A stretch of DNA of 64,000 bases from an uncultured Ruminococcus sp. (GCA_964621755.1 CAZUPI010000010.1:4714-68713); one strand, 5' to 3'; positions 8,931-17,938 are shown, counted from the stretch's first letter. The notes: a model not told the origin generated them from the letters alone. Numbers and translations: made by a program.

Positions 8931-10304
8931 ATCGTATTCCTCCTGTTTGTGATCGATATAATACTTTCTGATGACAGCACAGGCTGTAAATTGCAGATAA
9001 TCCCGTGTTTTCGGTTCGTATGACAACGGACGCATGGTCTTCTGCGCGATTGCGTGTACAATGTCATAAGGCATCTTTGTACCGTCAACACGGCAGGTCA
9101 GAAGCCGCTGCATCTGCTGTTTAACAATTTTTTCGTCTGCCTCAATTTTCCCGGCTCTCTCCGTACCGAATGCACAGTTGATAATCCGTTCAAGGGAAGG
9201 AGCTTTTATCCCATCCCAATTATTTCGGAAACAGCAGGTTGTATCCCATCTGTTCAGGCTTTCCAGAAAATCATATACGAACATTTCGTTGTAATATGTC
9301 ACTGCAAGCCGTCCTGTGGTTGCCGCATCGAAGACTGCTATCACCGCGTCATCCGTCGGCTTGAAATTATTTTTATAACTCTGCAATGTTTCATAGAGCT
9401 CTTTCTGGTAGTGTTCGACTTCAATCACTTGGTTTTCATTTTTTCGTTTCAGAGGACTGATTGCAGGCGGCAGTTTTTTCCCCTGCGGATTCCAACACAA
9501 AAACGTCCGTCCACTGATAATGACACCTTGATCCGCCGCAAGCCATTTCAGCGCGTTATGTGCTTTCTGGGATGCTTCATATCCCACTGTAGCAGCCTGA
9601 TCGTCGGTTTTGAAGCGTCCGCGATAGGTGAAATTCGTGGTATCATTGGCGGAAATCAGTTTCGCATTGCCGTTTATGGAGATGACTCCCTTGAGATGTT
9701 GATGAGCCTGTGCAGTCGTTTGCCCCGTTATCATGCAGAGAACCTGATTGTCTGCGTTTTTATGTGCTGTGTAATAGCTGATGAAGGAGTCAAACAGCTT
9801 ATGGTTTTTCCAGCAGTTTTCACTGTCATCGTCCTCAAGTCCTACCACAGTCCATCGCACGGTGTCTTTTTCGCCGACATTCTCGACGCCTGAACGTGCA
9901 AGGTCTGACAGAATGGTTTTGCCTTTTACATATGCAAGTATCGGTTCCAGCATGGGATGACTGTAATTGGACTGTGTCCAGTCGGTTAGCTGTTCCACAT
10001 AGGCATCATATTTTTTCGCGTTGACAGGAGAAATATAGCCTATCTGATCGCACAGAGGATGTGGGCATACATCGCTTGTTCTTCCCTGTGATTCTTCCGT
10101 AACCGGGATGATGATTTTCGGTTCATCTTTGCCGACAGCAAACGCACGCATAAACTTTCCATTCTGATCCAGCATGATCTCGATCTGAGCAGAAGTGATG
10201 ATATGCGCGATGGGTGCGAGAGGTTCTTTGAAAATACCAGCACACCCGGCAAGTTGGCTGTGATATTCATAAGTTTTATATGCTTTCTGAAACAGCCCCA
10301 TCAT
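8535..10304 (-). CDS. cas8c: Cas8c (Csd1), type I-C large subunit
   Basis: 589-aa ORF between cas5 and cas7. Size and order match Csd1, and it overlaps both neighbours (translational coupling). Confidence 0.9.
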   Translation of the reverse strand: MMGLFQKAYKTYEYHSQLAGCAGIFKEPLAPIAHIITSAQIEIMLDQNGKFMRAFAVGKDEPKIIIPVTEESQGRTSDVCPHPLCDQIGYISPVNAKKYDAYVEQLTDWTQSNYSHPMLEPILAYVKGKTILSDLARSGVENVGEKDTVRWTVVGLEDDDSENCWKNHKLFDSFISYYTAHKNADNQVLCMITGQTTAQAHQHLKGVISINGNAKLISANDTTNFTYRGRFKTDDQAATVGYEASQKAHNALKWLAADQGVIISGRTFLCWNPQGKKLPPAISPLKRKNENQVIEVEHYQKELYETLQSYKNNFKPTDDAVIAVFDAATTGRLAVTYYNEMFVYDFLESLNRWDTTCCFRNNWDGIKAPSLERIINCAFGTERAGKIEADEKIVKQQMQRLLTCRVDGTKMPYDIVHAIAQKTMRPLSYEPKTRDYLQFTACAVIRKYYIDHKQEEYDMALEKDKNDISYQYGRLLAVLEKAEKDTYDNAENRDTNAIRMQSAYSTHPAQTAKIIIEQLKNGYYHKLKPGIRMFYDRLIGEIYENISNHPESEWNSPLKETYIIGYYLQKNALYTKNKEMTETEESENE

Positions 10305-11029
10305 TCTACCTCCCCGAATTCTTTAAGTCCGCTGAAATTATCATATTTTTCGTCGAATTTCTTCATTTCCATCGACCCAAGCGGTTTATGGAGAGGGCAT
10401 TTCTGCGGTTTCGGAAATGTAATCACTCCTTTGCGCATTACAGGATACCAGAAATTCGCTGTCATTTTATTTTTTGTTTCAACGGAATATGTTTCGTCCG
10501 CGTATGTTATCCCATGATACATCAGTCCGAAAGCCAGCTCGTCCAGATCGTCATACGCACCTTCGCCCTCTCCGAAAACACACGGTTCCACATACCCCTG
10601 GCATTCCCGGGCTCCGAGAAAAACGTCGCGCCGACCGCCTTTTTTAATCATCTTGCGTGCAATGTTGTGATGCTTGTTTTCATCGCGGTCAGCCGCGAGC
10701 TCGGGACGGTTCAAATTCCACTCAAAATGTGCCCGTACCTGATAACGGCAGTCTCTGAGATAAGTATAATAGGAAAGATCGTTTCCGCCGTTGTTGTATT
10801 TGATGGGGCGGATGCCTTTCACTTCCGTCTGGATACGATTCATGATACGGACATCGTCGATAATCCAGATGATCGTAGGCTTCCAATAGACTGAAGCAAG
10901 AATTCCTTTGAGAGCTTCATAGGTTGGTATGTGATAGCTGCATTTTTCACCGCCGACTCTCATGATCGGATCCGAGAAAAGTCCGTAATCTCCGGATACT
11001 TCAAATTCTACCAGATTTGGATATCGCAT
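10301..11029 (-). CDS. cas5: Cas5 (Cas5d), type I-C pre-crRNA processing subunit
   Basis: 242-aa ORF. The Cas5-like N-terminus is VEFEVSGDYGLFSDP...PTYEALKGILASVYWKP. It sits directly after cas3, as in I-C operons. Confidence 0.92.
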   Translation of the reverse strand: MRYPNLVEFEVSGDYGLFSDPIMRVGGEKCSYHIPTYEALKGILASVYWKPTIIWIIDDVRIMNRIQTEVKGIRPIKYNNGGNDLSYYTYLRDCRYQVRAHFEWNLNRPELAADRDENKHHNIARKMIKKGGRRDVFLGARECQGYVEPCVFGEGEGAYDDLDELAFGLMYHGITYADETYSVETKNKMTANFWYPVMRKGVITFPKPQKCPLHKPLGSMEMKKFDEKYDNFSGLKEFGEVE

Positions 11030-13401
11030 TCGTTATGCACCTTCTTTGCGTTATTCAGTTTTACTCCTGTACGGTTGTCATAATATTGTGCGTCAAGACT
11101 CAGAACGGCTCCTCCAAGAAGAGGATGAATCACTCCATATTCTTCCAGCTTCTTTTTTTGATAAGAATACAGAGAGACTGTGTAGCTCTTAGCCCGATTC
11201 AGCAGATCCATTACATATCCCATATCATGCTTTGCTCTTTCGGATGATAAATCAGTAATGATGTTTTCGCCTTCTCCCCACGGTACGATTACATCAGTTG
11301 TGTCACTGTCGAACACCTCAAACAGCTTCCCGGCAGATGCAAATGCCTGATTGAACGCGAAGAACATGGGAGCATTTTTATCGTATCTCTGCCATTTACG
11401 GTTTTTCGAAAGCAGAGAAAACAAGGTATTATTTTTGTCGACAGGATAATCATGACAGAATTCACCATCATCACGCTGGATTCTGAAAAGTTGTTTGTAA
11501 TAATACTGAATCGCTTCGTCGGATGCGAGATCCGAACCATATCTTTCCGGCGACATTTTATATACAGCAAGTAATCGTTCGGTTGCCTGCTGTGCAAGCT
11601 GAATATCATGCAAATTGGTCATTTTTTCATCTACTGCCCTGACAATATACACCGATCCTGTGTCATCTGATTCTCCATGCCGGTTGCATCTGCCTGCGGA
11701 CTGGATGATACTGTCCATGCCCGCTGTCAGACGGATCACGGCGCCGAATGAGATATCGACACCAGCTTCGATCACCTGTGTTGCCACGCAGACGGTTTTT
11801 CTGTCACTGCATTCCAGAGACTTTTGAAGATTATCAAGAGTTTCTTTCCGGTGTTCCATGCACATTGCGGCGGAAAGATGGAATACATCATATTCACTGT
11901 TCCGCATGGCATCGAATAGGGATTCAGACTCTGATTTCTTATTGCAGACAATCAGCAGGCTTGAGGTATTTTCAAGAACTTCCGATGCGAACGCAGGAAT
12001 TTCATTTATCTGGTATCCCCCGGCAAAACTGATTTCTGTACGTTTGAAAACTTCCCAAAGTTCAGGATTATGCGGTACAATATCACCAATTTCTTTAAGT
12101 ACAGGGTGTTTGACGGATTCCAGACAGGGTTGTGTCGCGGAGCACAACAGAATCGTTGTATTACATAATTCGGCAAGGAACGAAATTGTCAGATTGAATA
12201 GTGTCAGCAGTTTTCCTGGAACCGTCTGGATTTCATCAATAACAATGACAGCATCGGTGAGTGCATGAAATCTGCGTACTGACGAGGTTTTTCCGTCAAA
12301 CATCGTATTCAGAAGCTGTACCAGAGTTGTTATGATGATCGGAGAGGACCAGCTTTCCGCAAGCAGTTCATATCGTTCCAGTTCCTCCGGTGAATTTTTC
12401 TCCTGTACCGCATTGGAATGGTGCTCGAGAACATAGTCATCTCCGACATATTCCCGGATAACACTGCTGTTCTGTTCAAGTATTGATAACAGTGGAGAAG
12501 TAAAAATAATACGTTTTTTATCATGCGTTGCCGCATGAGCGAGCGCATACCTGAGTGCGGACAGCGTTTTGCCGCCGCCTGTCGGAACATTAAGACGATA
12601 GATCCCTGATGGTTTATCCGCAGCATTCCGGCAGATATCGGAAATTCTGCGTCTTGCGGCATTGATCGGCGTATCGGCAGGCAATGTATTCAGTTTCACT
12701 TCGGTCTTCTCAAGTAGATCGTGCCACACTTCCTGATTCGCTTCTGAAGGAAATACGACGCCGTTCATGAATTCAGCGGTGTCACGGCGATCTCCTTCCA
12801 TGACAGCGGATGTAATCAGCCGGACAACCAGTCCCAGCAAAAAAGCTGATTCATCATCATCTTTGGCAGTATCATTGCATTTTTCTAAAATCGGTTTCAG
12901 TTCCTTCACGGAGTTCTCAAACAGTCTATCTACTTTTTTTTCATTCGCACACTGTTCATGAAAATTGTGTATTGCTTCCCGGTCGCCTTCCGGATTTGTT
13001 TCTATTCTGTGCAGGAATCCGTTTTCGTGGCTTTCGTTCACACAGTCGAACAATCCGTGATGCGCTCCAACAGCATAAGCAAGGATTTCGCTGACGAGAT
13101 CCTCAAACCGTTCTGGATTCTTCATATGAAACTTCAGAAGATATCTTACACCCGCGAAAGTATGTATCACGGAACCACGACGAACATTTTCTCCGTTTGC
13201 TGAAGTTTCCAGGTACTTTTTATATTCCATTTTATATTTACCACAATCGTGGAGCAAACCTGCAAGATAACCGGTTGCATACAAATTTACCGACTCCAGT
13301 GTGTGCCCTGCATACTGTGCAGTATTGCGTGAATGGTCGAGGCAGGATTGGACGATACTTTTGTCATCAGGATGGATATGAGCAGGAAACAGCGGCTTCA
13401 A
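11008..13401 (-). CDS. cas3: Cas3 HD-nuclease/helicase
   Basis: 797-aa ORF with an HD motif (LAGLLHDCGKY), Walker A (PTGGGKT), a DExx box (VIDEIQ) and helicase C-terminal motifs. It uses a TTG start at 13401 preceded by GGAGGTGA. Confidence 0.95.
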   Translation of the reverse strand: MKPLFPAHIHPDDKSIVQSCLDHSRNTAQYAGHTLESVNLYATGYLAGLLHDCGKYKMEYKKYLETSANGENVRRGSVIHTFAGVRYLLKFHMKNPERFEDLVSEILAYAVGAHHGLFDCVNESHENGFLHRIETNPEGDREAIHNFHEQCANEKKVDRLFENSVKELKPILEKCNDTAKDDDESAFLLGLVVRLITSAVMEGDRRDTAEFMNGVVFPSEANQEVWHDLLEKTEVKLNTLPADTPINAARRRISDICRNAADKPSGIYRLNVPTGGGKTLSALRYALAHAATHDKKRIIFTSPLLSILEQNSSVIREYVGDDYVLEHHSNAVQEKNSPEELERYELLAESWSSPIIITTLVQLLNTMFDGKTSSVRRFHALTDAVIVIDEIQTVPGKLLTLFNLTISFLAELCNTTILLCSATQPCLESVKHPVLKEIGDIVPHNPELWEVFKRTEISFAGGYQINEIPAFASEVLENTSSLLIVCNKKSESESLFDAMRNSEYDVFHLSAAMCMEHRKETLDNLQKSLECSDRKTVCVATQVIEAGVDISFGAVIRLTAGMDSIIQSAGRCNRHGESDDTGSVYIVRAVDEKMTNLHDIQLAQQATERLLAVYKMSPERYGSDLASDEAIQYYYKQLFRIQRDDGEFCHDYPVDKNNTLFSLLSKNRKWQRYDKNAPMFFAFNQAFASAGKLFEVFDSDTTDVIVPWGEGENIITDLSSERAKHDMGYVMDLLNRAKSYTVSLYSYQKKKLEEYGVIHPLLGGAVLSLDAQYYDNRTGVKLNNAKKVHNECDIQIW

Positions 13402-13434
13402 AATAGATCACCTCCGAGATGTTGGATTTCAGGG

Positions 13435-13464
13435 TTGCAAATATCAGCGGAAATGTGGTATAAT
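13435..13464 (+). promoter_or_regulatory. candidate plus-strand promoter divergent from cas3 (TTGCAA-N18-TGgTATAAT)
   Basis: The -35 TTGCAA is at 13435-13440 and the extended -10 TGGTATAAT at 13456-13464. It would transcribe through the cas3 promoter region into the repeat-like motifs at 13553-13677. Confidence 0.4.
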
Positions 13465-13507
13465 AATAAAAAGGGAATATGCTCACTGAACATGAATTTG
13501 TGCTTTC

Positions 13508-13536
13508 ATTATATCATGAGATAGTGTCATTGTCAA
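13508..13536 (-). promoter_or_regulatory. cas operon promoter, exact TTGACA-N17-TATAAT with TGn extension
   Basis: The minus strand reads TTGACAatgacactatctcatgaTATAAT (-35 at 13536-13531, -10 at 13513-13508). It lies about 100 nt upstream of the cas3 TTG. Confidence 0.8.
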
Positions 13537-13552
13537 GTTCGTGGAATTTTTT

Positions 13553-13677
13553 GTCATATTTTTTAATATATGGATTGAAAGAAAGAATATGTGGATTGAA
13601 ATAGTTGCTAAAACATATTCCCATCGGCAAATGTACTTATTATTAGTACGTCTGCCGTTATTTTATTGGAATCAAAC
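13553..13677 (+). repeat. cluster of degenerate CRISPR-repeat-like fragments (crRNA 5'-handle motif) in inverted orientation relative to the array
   Basis: TGTGGATTGAAAT at 13590-13602 matches the last 13 nt of the crRNA-sense repeat exactly. A second copy, TaTGGATTGAAAg, lies 21 nt upstream at 13569-13581 and is preceded by GTCAT at 13553. A weaker copy, TTGGAATCAAAC, is at 13666-13677 and is preceded by GTCTG at 13650. Confidence 0.55.
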
Positions 13678-13735
13678 ACCTGTCAACCGCGTGAGAGCAT
13701 CTCAACCGACCCTATTGGCATAGCAATTTTTGCAC

Positions 13736-13793
13736 GCTTTTGCCCCGAAAAGCACAAAAAATCCCTCAGAACAACACAATTCCAAGGGATTTT
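13736..13793 (-). terminator. terminator hairpins downstream of the tRNA pair
   Basis: Minus-strand AAAATCCCT-N18-AGGGATTTT followed by TTGTGCTTTT, then GCTTTT-cggggc-AAAAGC. These lie immediately 3' of tRNA-fMet. Confidence 0.6.
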
Positions 13794-13796
13794 CAA

Positions 13797-13871
<75 letters not shown>

Positions 13872-13894
13872 ATATTCAGTTAATCAACAGAGAA

Positions 13895-13980
13895 TGCCGG
13901 ACACCGGGTTCGAACCGGTACGTAACTTTCGTTACACGGGATTTTAAGTCCCGGGCGTCTGCCAATTCCGCCACTCCGGC
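13895..13980 (-). tRNA. tRNA-Leu (anticodon TAA), class II with long variable arm
   Basis: The minus strand reads GCCGGAGTGGCGGAATTGGCAGACGCCCGGGACTTAAAATCCCGTGTAACGAAAGTTACGTACCGGTTCGAACCCGGTGTCCGGCA. The anticodon loop is CTTAAAA and the variable stem is GTAAC/GTTAC. There is one apparent G-G mismatch at position 7-66. Confidence 0.85.
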
Positions 13981-14035
13981 ACATACTCCCGTCCGAGTCA
14001 CAAAGCAACTCAAACCATCCCTCTGTTGCTTAACT

Positions 14036-14064
14036 ATTATATCACATTGAAATTCCTTTGTCAA
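14036..14064 (-). promoter_or_regulatory. tRNA operon promoter, exact TTGACA-N17-TATAAT with TGn extension and A/T-rich UP region
   Basis: The minus strand reads TTGACAaaggaatttcaatgtgaTATAAT, about 50 nt upstream of tRNA-Leu. It is preceded by a T/A-rich tract. Confidence 0.8.
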
Positions 14065-14108
14065 TAGTTTTTTAAAAAAAATAAAAAATTCTCTTACGTC
14101 TATATCGG

Positions 14109-14137
14109 TTGACAATCCGTTTTGCGATATGTATAAT
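14109..14137 (+). promoter_or_regulatory. exact TTGACA-N17-TATAAT promoter
   Basis: TTGACAatccgttttgcgatatgTATAAT. It sits back to back with the tRNA promoter and 230 nt upstream of the CotH gene. Confidence 0.7.
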
Positions 14138-14282
14138 GAAGATAAAAGCTTCACTTTATAAAAAAGCATAGACCCATGACAGTAAAAGTACGCTTTGCGA
14201 GAATGTATGCCCATCAGGAAGCAGACCGTGTGCCGCTTATCGATGAAGTGAAATGTGTGGGAAAATATTAAACTGTATATTA

Positions 14283-14311
14283 TTGACAAATTCATAAAAA
14301 TCTGATAAAAT
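14283..14311 (+). promoter_or_regulatory. proximal promoter of the CotH gene (TTGACA-N17-TGaTAAAAT)
   Basis: TTGACAaattcataaaaatctgaTAAAAT, 57 nt upstream of ATG 14369. Confidence 0.6.
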
Positions 14312-14368
14312 ATAACATTATCTATATGTGCAATATTTTTTTCATAATCAAATCGGAGTAAAGCCTAT

Positions 14369-15901
14369 ATGTATAAAATACTTGTCGCGCTTTTTCTTGC
14401 CTTCTTATGTGTATCCTGCACTGTCTCCGATGAAATGCAGATGTCGGATGAATCTATGGTCATCACAGAGGAAGAGAGCGAATCGGAATATCTTTTCGAC
14501 AGCTTGTTTGATGCCAAAAAAGCAATGTATGCAGCAGAAGAGCTTCCCTGCGCTATAAGCATGTATGAAGAAGAAAGCCTTGCCGCTTTCAAGGAAATCA
14601 AAACCGAACTGAACAACTTTCTTACAGGCGGAGAACTGACACAGGAGGTGGCAGAAGAATTTTACCTTCGTTTGACGGAAGCAAAGGAAAACTTGCGCGT
14701 CAAACAAGGGGATATTCCGCGCATCTATATCCAAACGGGGAGTGGAAATGGGAAAGTCGGTGGGAACTATTCTCCGTGCAGTATCGTTGTCGTGTCAGCA
14801 GCGGATGAAAAGTATGAAACCATCATTTCCGACGAATGTGAGATATCCCTGCGCGGCAACTCCACCGCATCCTCTCCCAAACAGCCGTATAATATCCGAT
14901 TCCCGGAAAAGGTGTCCCTTCTTGGAATGGATAAAGGTAAAAAATGGTGTCTCCTCGCCAATATGTTCGATAAAACCCTGATGCGCAATTACCTTGCTTA
15001 TTATCTCGGCGCCAGAATGGGATTGCCCTATACCTCAACATGCCGCTATGCAGACGTCTACGTTGACGGAAAATATGTTGGCAACTATACTGTGCTGGAG
15101 CCTATCACCGACGGAAAGGGAAGAGTTGACATTGATGTAACAAATTACGAATACATATTTGAGATCGACATGAACCGCAGCGGTTTGGTCTACTACGTAG
15201 ACCCTGTCATTGGGCAACGGCTCGGCGTATCGAAGCCGGACACCGTCACGGAAGATGATAAAATGATGATCAAAGCATTTTTCAATGAGATGGAAGACGC
15301 GATTGCCAGCCATGATATGTCAAGATATTCGCTGTATATCGACGTTGACTCGTTCGTGAATTTTTACATTCATTCGGAAGTTACAAAATCAATTGACGTG
15401 TATGATTTCTCGACAAGATATTTCTTGAAGGACGGCAAGCTGTACGCCGGCCCGATTTGGGACTATGACCTGTCCATGGGTAACGTCTCGAACACCTGCC
15501 ATGAGGAGAAATATTTCATCTACTGCAACAATCCGGGCTATGGTACAGGGAGTGAAGACTCCGCAGACGGTATTTGGATGGATAATTACTGGTTCCACGA
15601 GCTCTTGCAGGATCCGGAATTTAAGGCGCTGCTAATCAGGCGATTTGAGGAAGTCTATCCGCTGCTCGAAAACCTGTATAAAGACAACGAGCTCGGGCAG
15701 AACGTAATTGACTGGCTTCTTGACAACTACGGCAGTTCGTTCTTAGCAAACTACGCCGAGGATGGCGCGGGATGGGACATCAACCGTCAGTACAGCGTAC
15801 TTGCAAAAAACGAGAATCTCGACTATCTGGAAGAGGTAGAGTGGCTGCGCGACTGGCTTGAAAGACGCATCGAGTATGTGGCGTTCTATCTGATGGGATA
15901 A
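14369..15901 (+). CDS. CotH-family protein (CotH kinase fold), probable lipoprotein
   Basis: 510-aa ORF with a signal/lipobox-like N-terminus (LVALFLAFLCVSC). CotH blocks: LRGNSTASSPKQPYNIRF, KKWCLLANMFDKTLMRNYLAY, GPIWDYDLSMGN. Confidence 0.85.
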   Translation: MYKILVALFLAFLCVSCTVSDEMQMSDESMVITEEESESEYLFDSLFDAKKAMYAAEELPCAISMYEEESLAAFKEIKTELNNFLTGGELTQEVAEEFYLRLTEAKENLRVKQGDIPRIYIQTGSGNGKVGGNYSPCSIVVVSAADEKYETIISDECEISLRGNSTASSPKQPYNIRFPEKVSLLGMDKGKKWCLLANMFDKTLMRNYLAYYLGARMGLPYTSTCRYADVYVDGKYVGNYTVLEPITDGKGRVDIDVTNYEYIFEIDMNRSGLVYYVDPVIGQRLGVSKPDTVTEDDKMMIKAFFNEMEDAIASHDMSRYSLYIDVDSFVNFYIHSEVTKSIDVYDFSTRYFLKDGKLYAGPIWDYDLSMGNVSNTCHEEKYFIYCNNPGYGTGSEDSADGIWMDNYWFHELLQDPEFKALLIRRFEEVYPLLENLYKDNELGQNVIDWLLDNYGSSFLANYAEDGAGWDINRQYSVLAKNENLDYLEEVEWLRDWLERRIEYVAFYLMG

Positions 15902-15913
15902 ACGATAAAAATT

Positions 15914-15952
15914 GAAAAGGGAGAAACTTTTTTAAAAAGTTTCTCCCTTTTC
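15914..15952. repeat. GGGA-ACTTTTTT-AAAAAGT-TCCC palindromic element (19-bp arms) between convergent genes
   Basis: GAAAAGGGAGAAACTTTTT-T-AAAAAGTTTCTCCCTTTTC. It lies 13 nt after the CotH stop and 8 nt before the esterase stop. Confidence 0.85.
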
Positions 15953-15959
15953 AGCTAAC

Positions 15960-17927
15960 TTACATCTTTTTGTGAAGTCTAACTTTTTCGAGATTCACAA
16001 AATGATACCGGCAACTCGATTGGATAAAACGAAAACGCATTTTTTGAATTTCTGCCCCGTCCGGAATTCCGTCGAGGGAGGCTTCATATGCGCTCCATCC
16101 GCCGTACAAGTCGCAGGACTTCACAAACGGTATTTCTTTTGCACCGTCTGCCCATTCCAGTATCAGCTTTGCAGACAGATTGTTCGTGTTATACAGATTG
16201 ACTGAGATTTTCCCGAATTTCTGCAAATCCAGACGGTTGTACGGATATGACTTTACATAGCAGCCGAAGATTGGCTTATCCGAACACACGCGCACGCTTT
16301 GTCCTTCCAGCGTGAACGCTCTGTCAGGACACACTTCCGAGCCCGCTTCCGGATTCCAAATCGGATGGTAGAACAGGTCAACTACATCATCGTGTATCTG
16401 CGACGCCCATACCGATGTGCGGAATGTGTCATACCACGGCCGCGCTTCGATTTTGATGCGGTTTTCTTTGTCTGTGTGGAACGGATATACCGGATAGCAG
16501 CCGCCCCAGATGTTGCAGCACGGCTCAAGTGACTGTATCGCATACGCTGCATGTTTCGGCTCCGAAATCGCGTCACACCATACTTCCATGGTATCGGAAT
16601 CATGCTCGATGCAGCACTCCGCGGGAAGATATACATTGTCTTCTCCGGCAACGTATAACCCTACCGGACGCTCTCCGTCGAGGTATAAGCCAAATCCGAC
16701 TGGGTCAAAGTGCAGCTTGATGCGGTTTTGGCAGATTTCCCATGATTTGAGGTGAGCAGGGGACCTTTGCTCCCATCCTCTGCCATATACGTTATCGAGC
16801 GCAAGACTTGCCATCCGTTCGCCGAGCGGGTATTTGTTGGTCGGGTGAATCGGGTGGTTGTTCTGATGGTACGCCCACGAAGGCAGAAGGTCGCAAATCG
16901 GCGCCGCTGCAAACTTGTCAGGCGATTCCACAGCTGTTTCGATAAATGCGTCGTTGAGATAGCCGACATTGCATTCTCCGGATCCGCCGTAGGTCCACGG
17001 ATAAATGAGGGACGAAATCATCATAAAGTTGTCCGGGTCCGCGCCAAAGCGTTCGGCGTAGGTCTTGTGGTAGAATCGGAGATAATCGGCATATACCTTG
17101 TTCTGGAATTCGCCGCCGGCCTCATTTTCTCCCTGATACCAGATAACGCCGCGCACCGTCACACCCTCGAGCGGTGCGATTTTTACGTTGTACTGCGCCG
17201 TGGTCTGCTGGAAGTTGACGTCACCTCTGGTGTTCCAGTTTTCCGGAGTCGGATAATTGCCCAGCTTTTGCAGCTTCTCCTTGATGGATGCGTCCGCGTC
17301 AATCGCGTCAAGCGGGAACCAAGACGGCATTGACGTGCCACCCCATGTTGCATTGAGAAATGCAGCGGGAACATTGGCGTCATGGTTGAGAAAATCATAA
17401 ATATCAGATACAAACTTCAGCCCAACCGCAGAAACCTTGTCGAGAGACGTGCAGTTCACGGAGGACATCCATTCTCCACTCATCATCTGGTTGGGAGTCC
17501 ACGGAAACGCCCCGTTTCCACCGTATTCAGGATAGTCTACATGATATACGCGAATTTTTTTATCCGCAATCTCCTCATAGAGCTTATGTACTTCCGGAAT
17601 TGCGGAATTGGGAAGCTCCATGTTCGACTGTCCGGAAGCGAGCCAAAGCTCTCCAAACAAAACGTCGTGTATGGTGTAATCGCTGCCGCACTTCGAGCAG
17701 TGGAGCGTGATTTCATATGTTTCAAAGGACGCGGACGGTGTTTTCGGGAATACAATGGTAAATTTGCCGTTTTCATCAGCTTCTGCCGATACTACTGAAA
17801 AATCTCCCGATTTGCCTGTAATCTTCGCTGTAATGTCCGCATTTTCTCCTGCTTCGCCGCATATGGTAAGGCGGGCATCCGCCTGAAACAGCGCACCGTC
17901 AGAAAAAATTTTCTGTAATTTAAACAC
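15960..17927 (-). CDS. sialate O-acetylesterase-like (SASA/DUF303) carbohydrate esterase
   Basis: 655-aa ORF. GELWLASGQSNMELP is the SGNH-like SASA catalytic motif. It neighbours a glycosidase. Confidence 0.75.
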   Translation of the reverse strand: MFKLQKIFSDGALFQADARLTICGEAGENADITAKITGKSGDFSVVSAEADENGKFTIVFPKTPSASFETYEITLHCSKCGSDYTIHDVLFGELWLASGQSNMELPNSAIPEVHKLYEEIADKKIRVYHVDYPEYGGNGAFPWTPNQMMSGEWMSSVNCTSLDKVSAVGLKFVSDIYDFLNHDANVPAAFLNATWGGTSMPSWFPLDAIDADASIKEKLQKLGNYPTPENWNTRGDVNFQQTTAQYNVKIAPLEGVTVRGVIWYQGENEAGGEFQNKVYADYLRFYHKTYAERFGADPDNFMMISSLIYPWTYGGSGECNVGYLNDAFIETAVESPDKFAAAPICDLLPSWAYHQNNHPIHPTNKYPLGERMASLALDNVYGRGWEQRSPAHLKSWEICQNRIKLHFDPVGFGLYLDGERPVGLYVAGEDNVYLPAECCIEHDSDTMEVWCDAISEPKHAAYAIQSLEPCCNIWGGCYPVYPFHTDKENRIKIEARPWYDTFRTSVWASQIHDDVVDLFYHPIWNPEAGSEVCPDRAFTLEGQSVRVCSDKPIFGCYVKSYPYNRLDLQKFGKISVNLYNTNNLSAKLILEWADGAKEIPFVKSCDLYGGWSAYEASLDGIPDGAEIQKMRFRFIQSSCRYHFVNLEKVRLHKKM

Positions 17928-17938
17928 TGCAGGTCTCC

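Noticed and set aside
13471-13623. 9-nt identity (CATATTCCC) between the sequence following the exact handle copy (13612-13620) and the cas3 5'-UTR (13474-13482, minus strand). In the UTR the match has a TTC 12 nt upstream, so it was considered as a CreR-like pseudo-spacer/target pair.
   Set aside because: The identity falls at spacer positions ~12-21, not in the PAM-proximal seed. The registers differ by 1 nt. A 9-mer match in AT-rich DNA over this distance is within chance. It is mentioned only as something a proper search should re-evaluate.
13541-13723. 60-aa ORF (MEFFVIFFNIWIERKNMWIEIV...) upstream of cas3, considered as a small Acr/Aca-like or regulatory protein
   Set aside because: Its WIE...WIE residues are translations of the repeat-handle fragments. 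It has no RBS and extremely AT-biased composition. The region is better explained as repeat-derived non-coding DNA (see finding).
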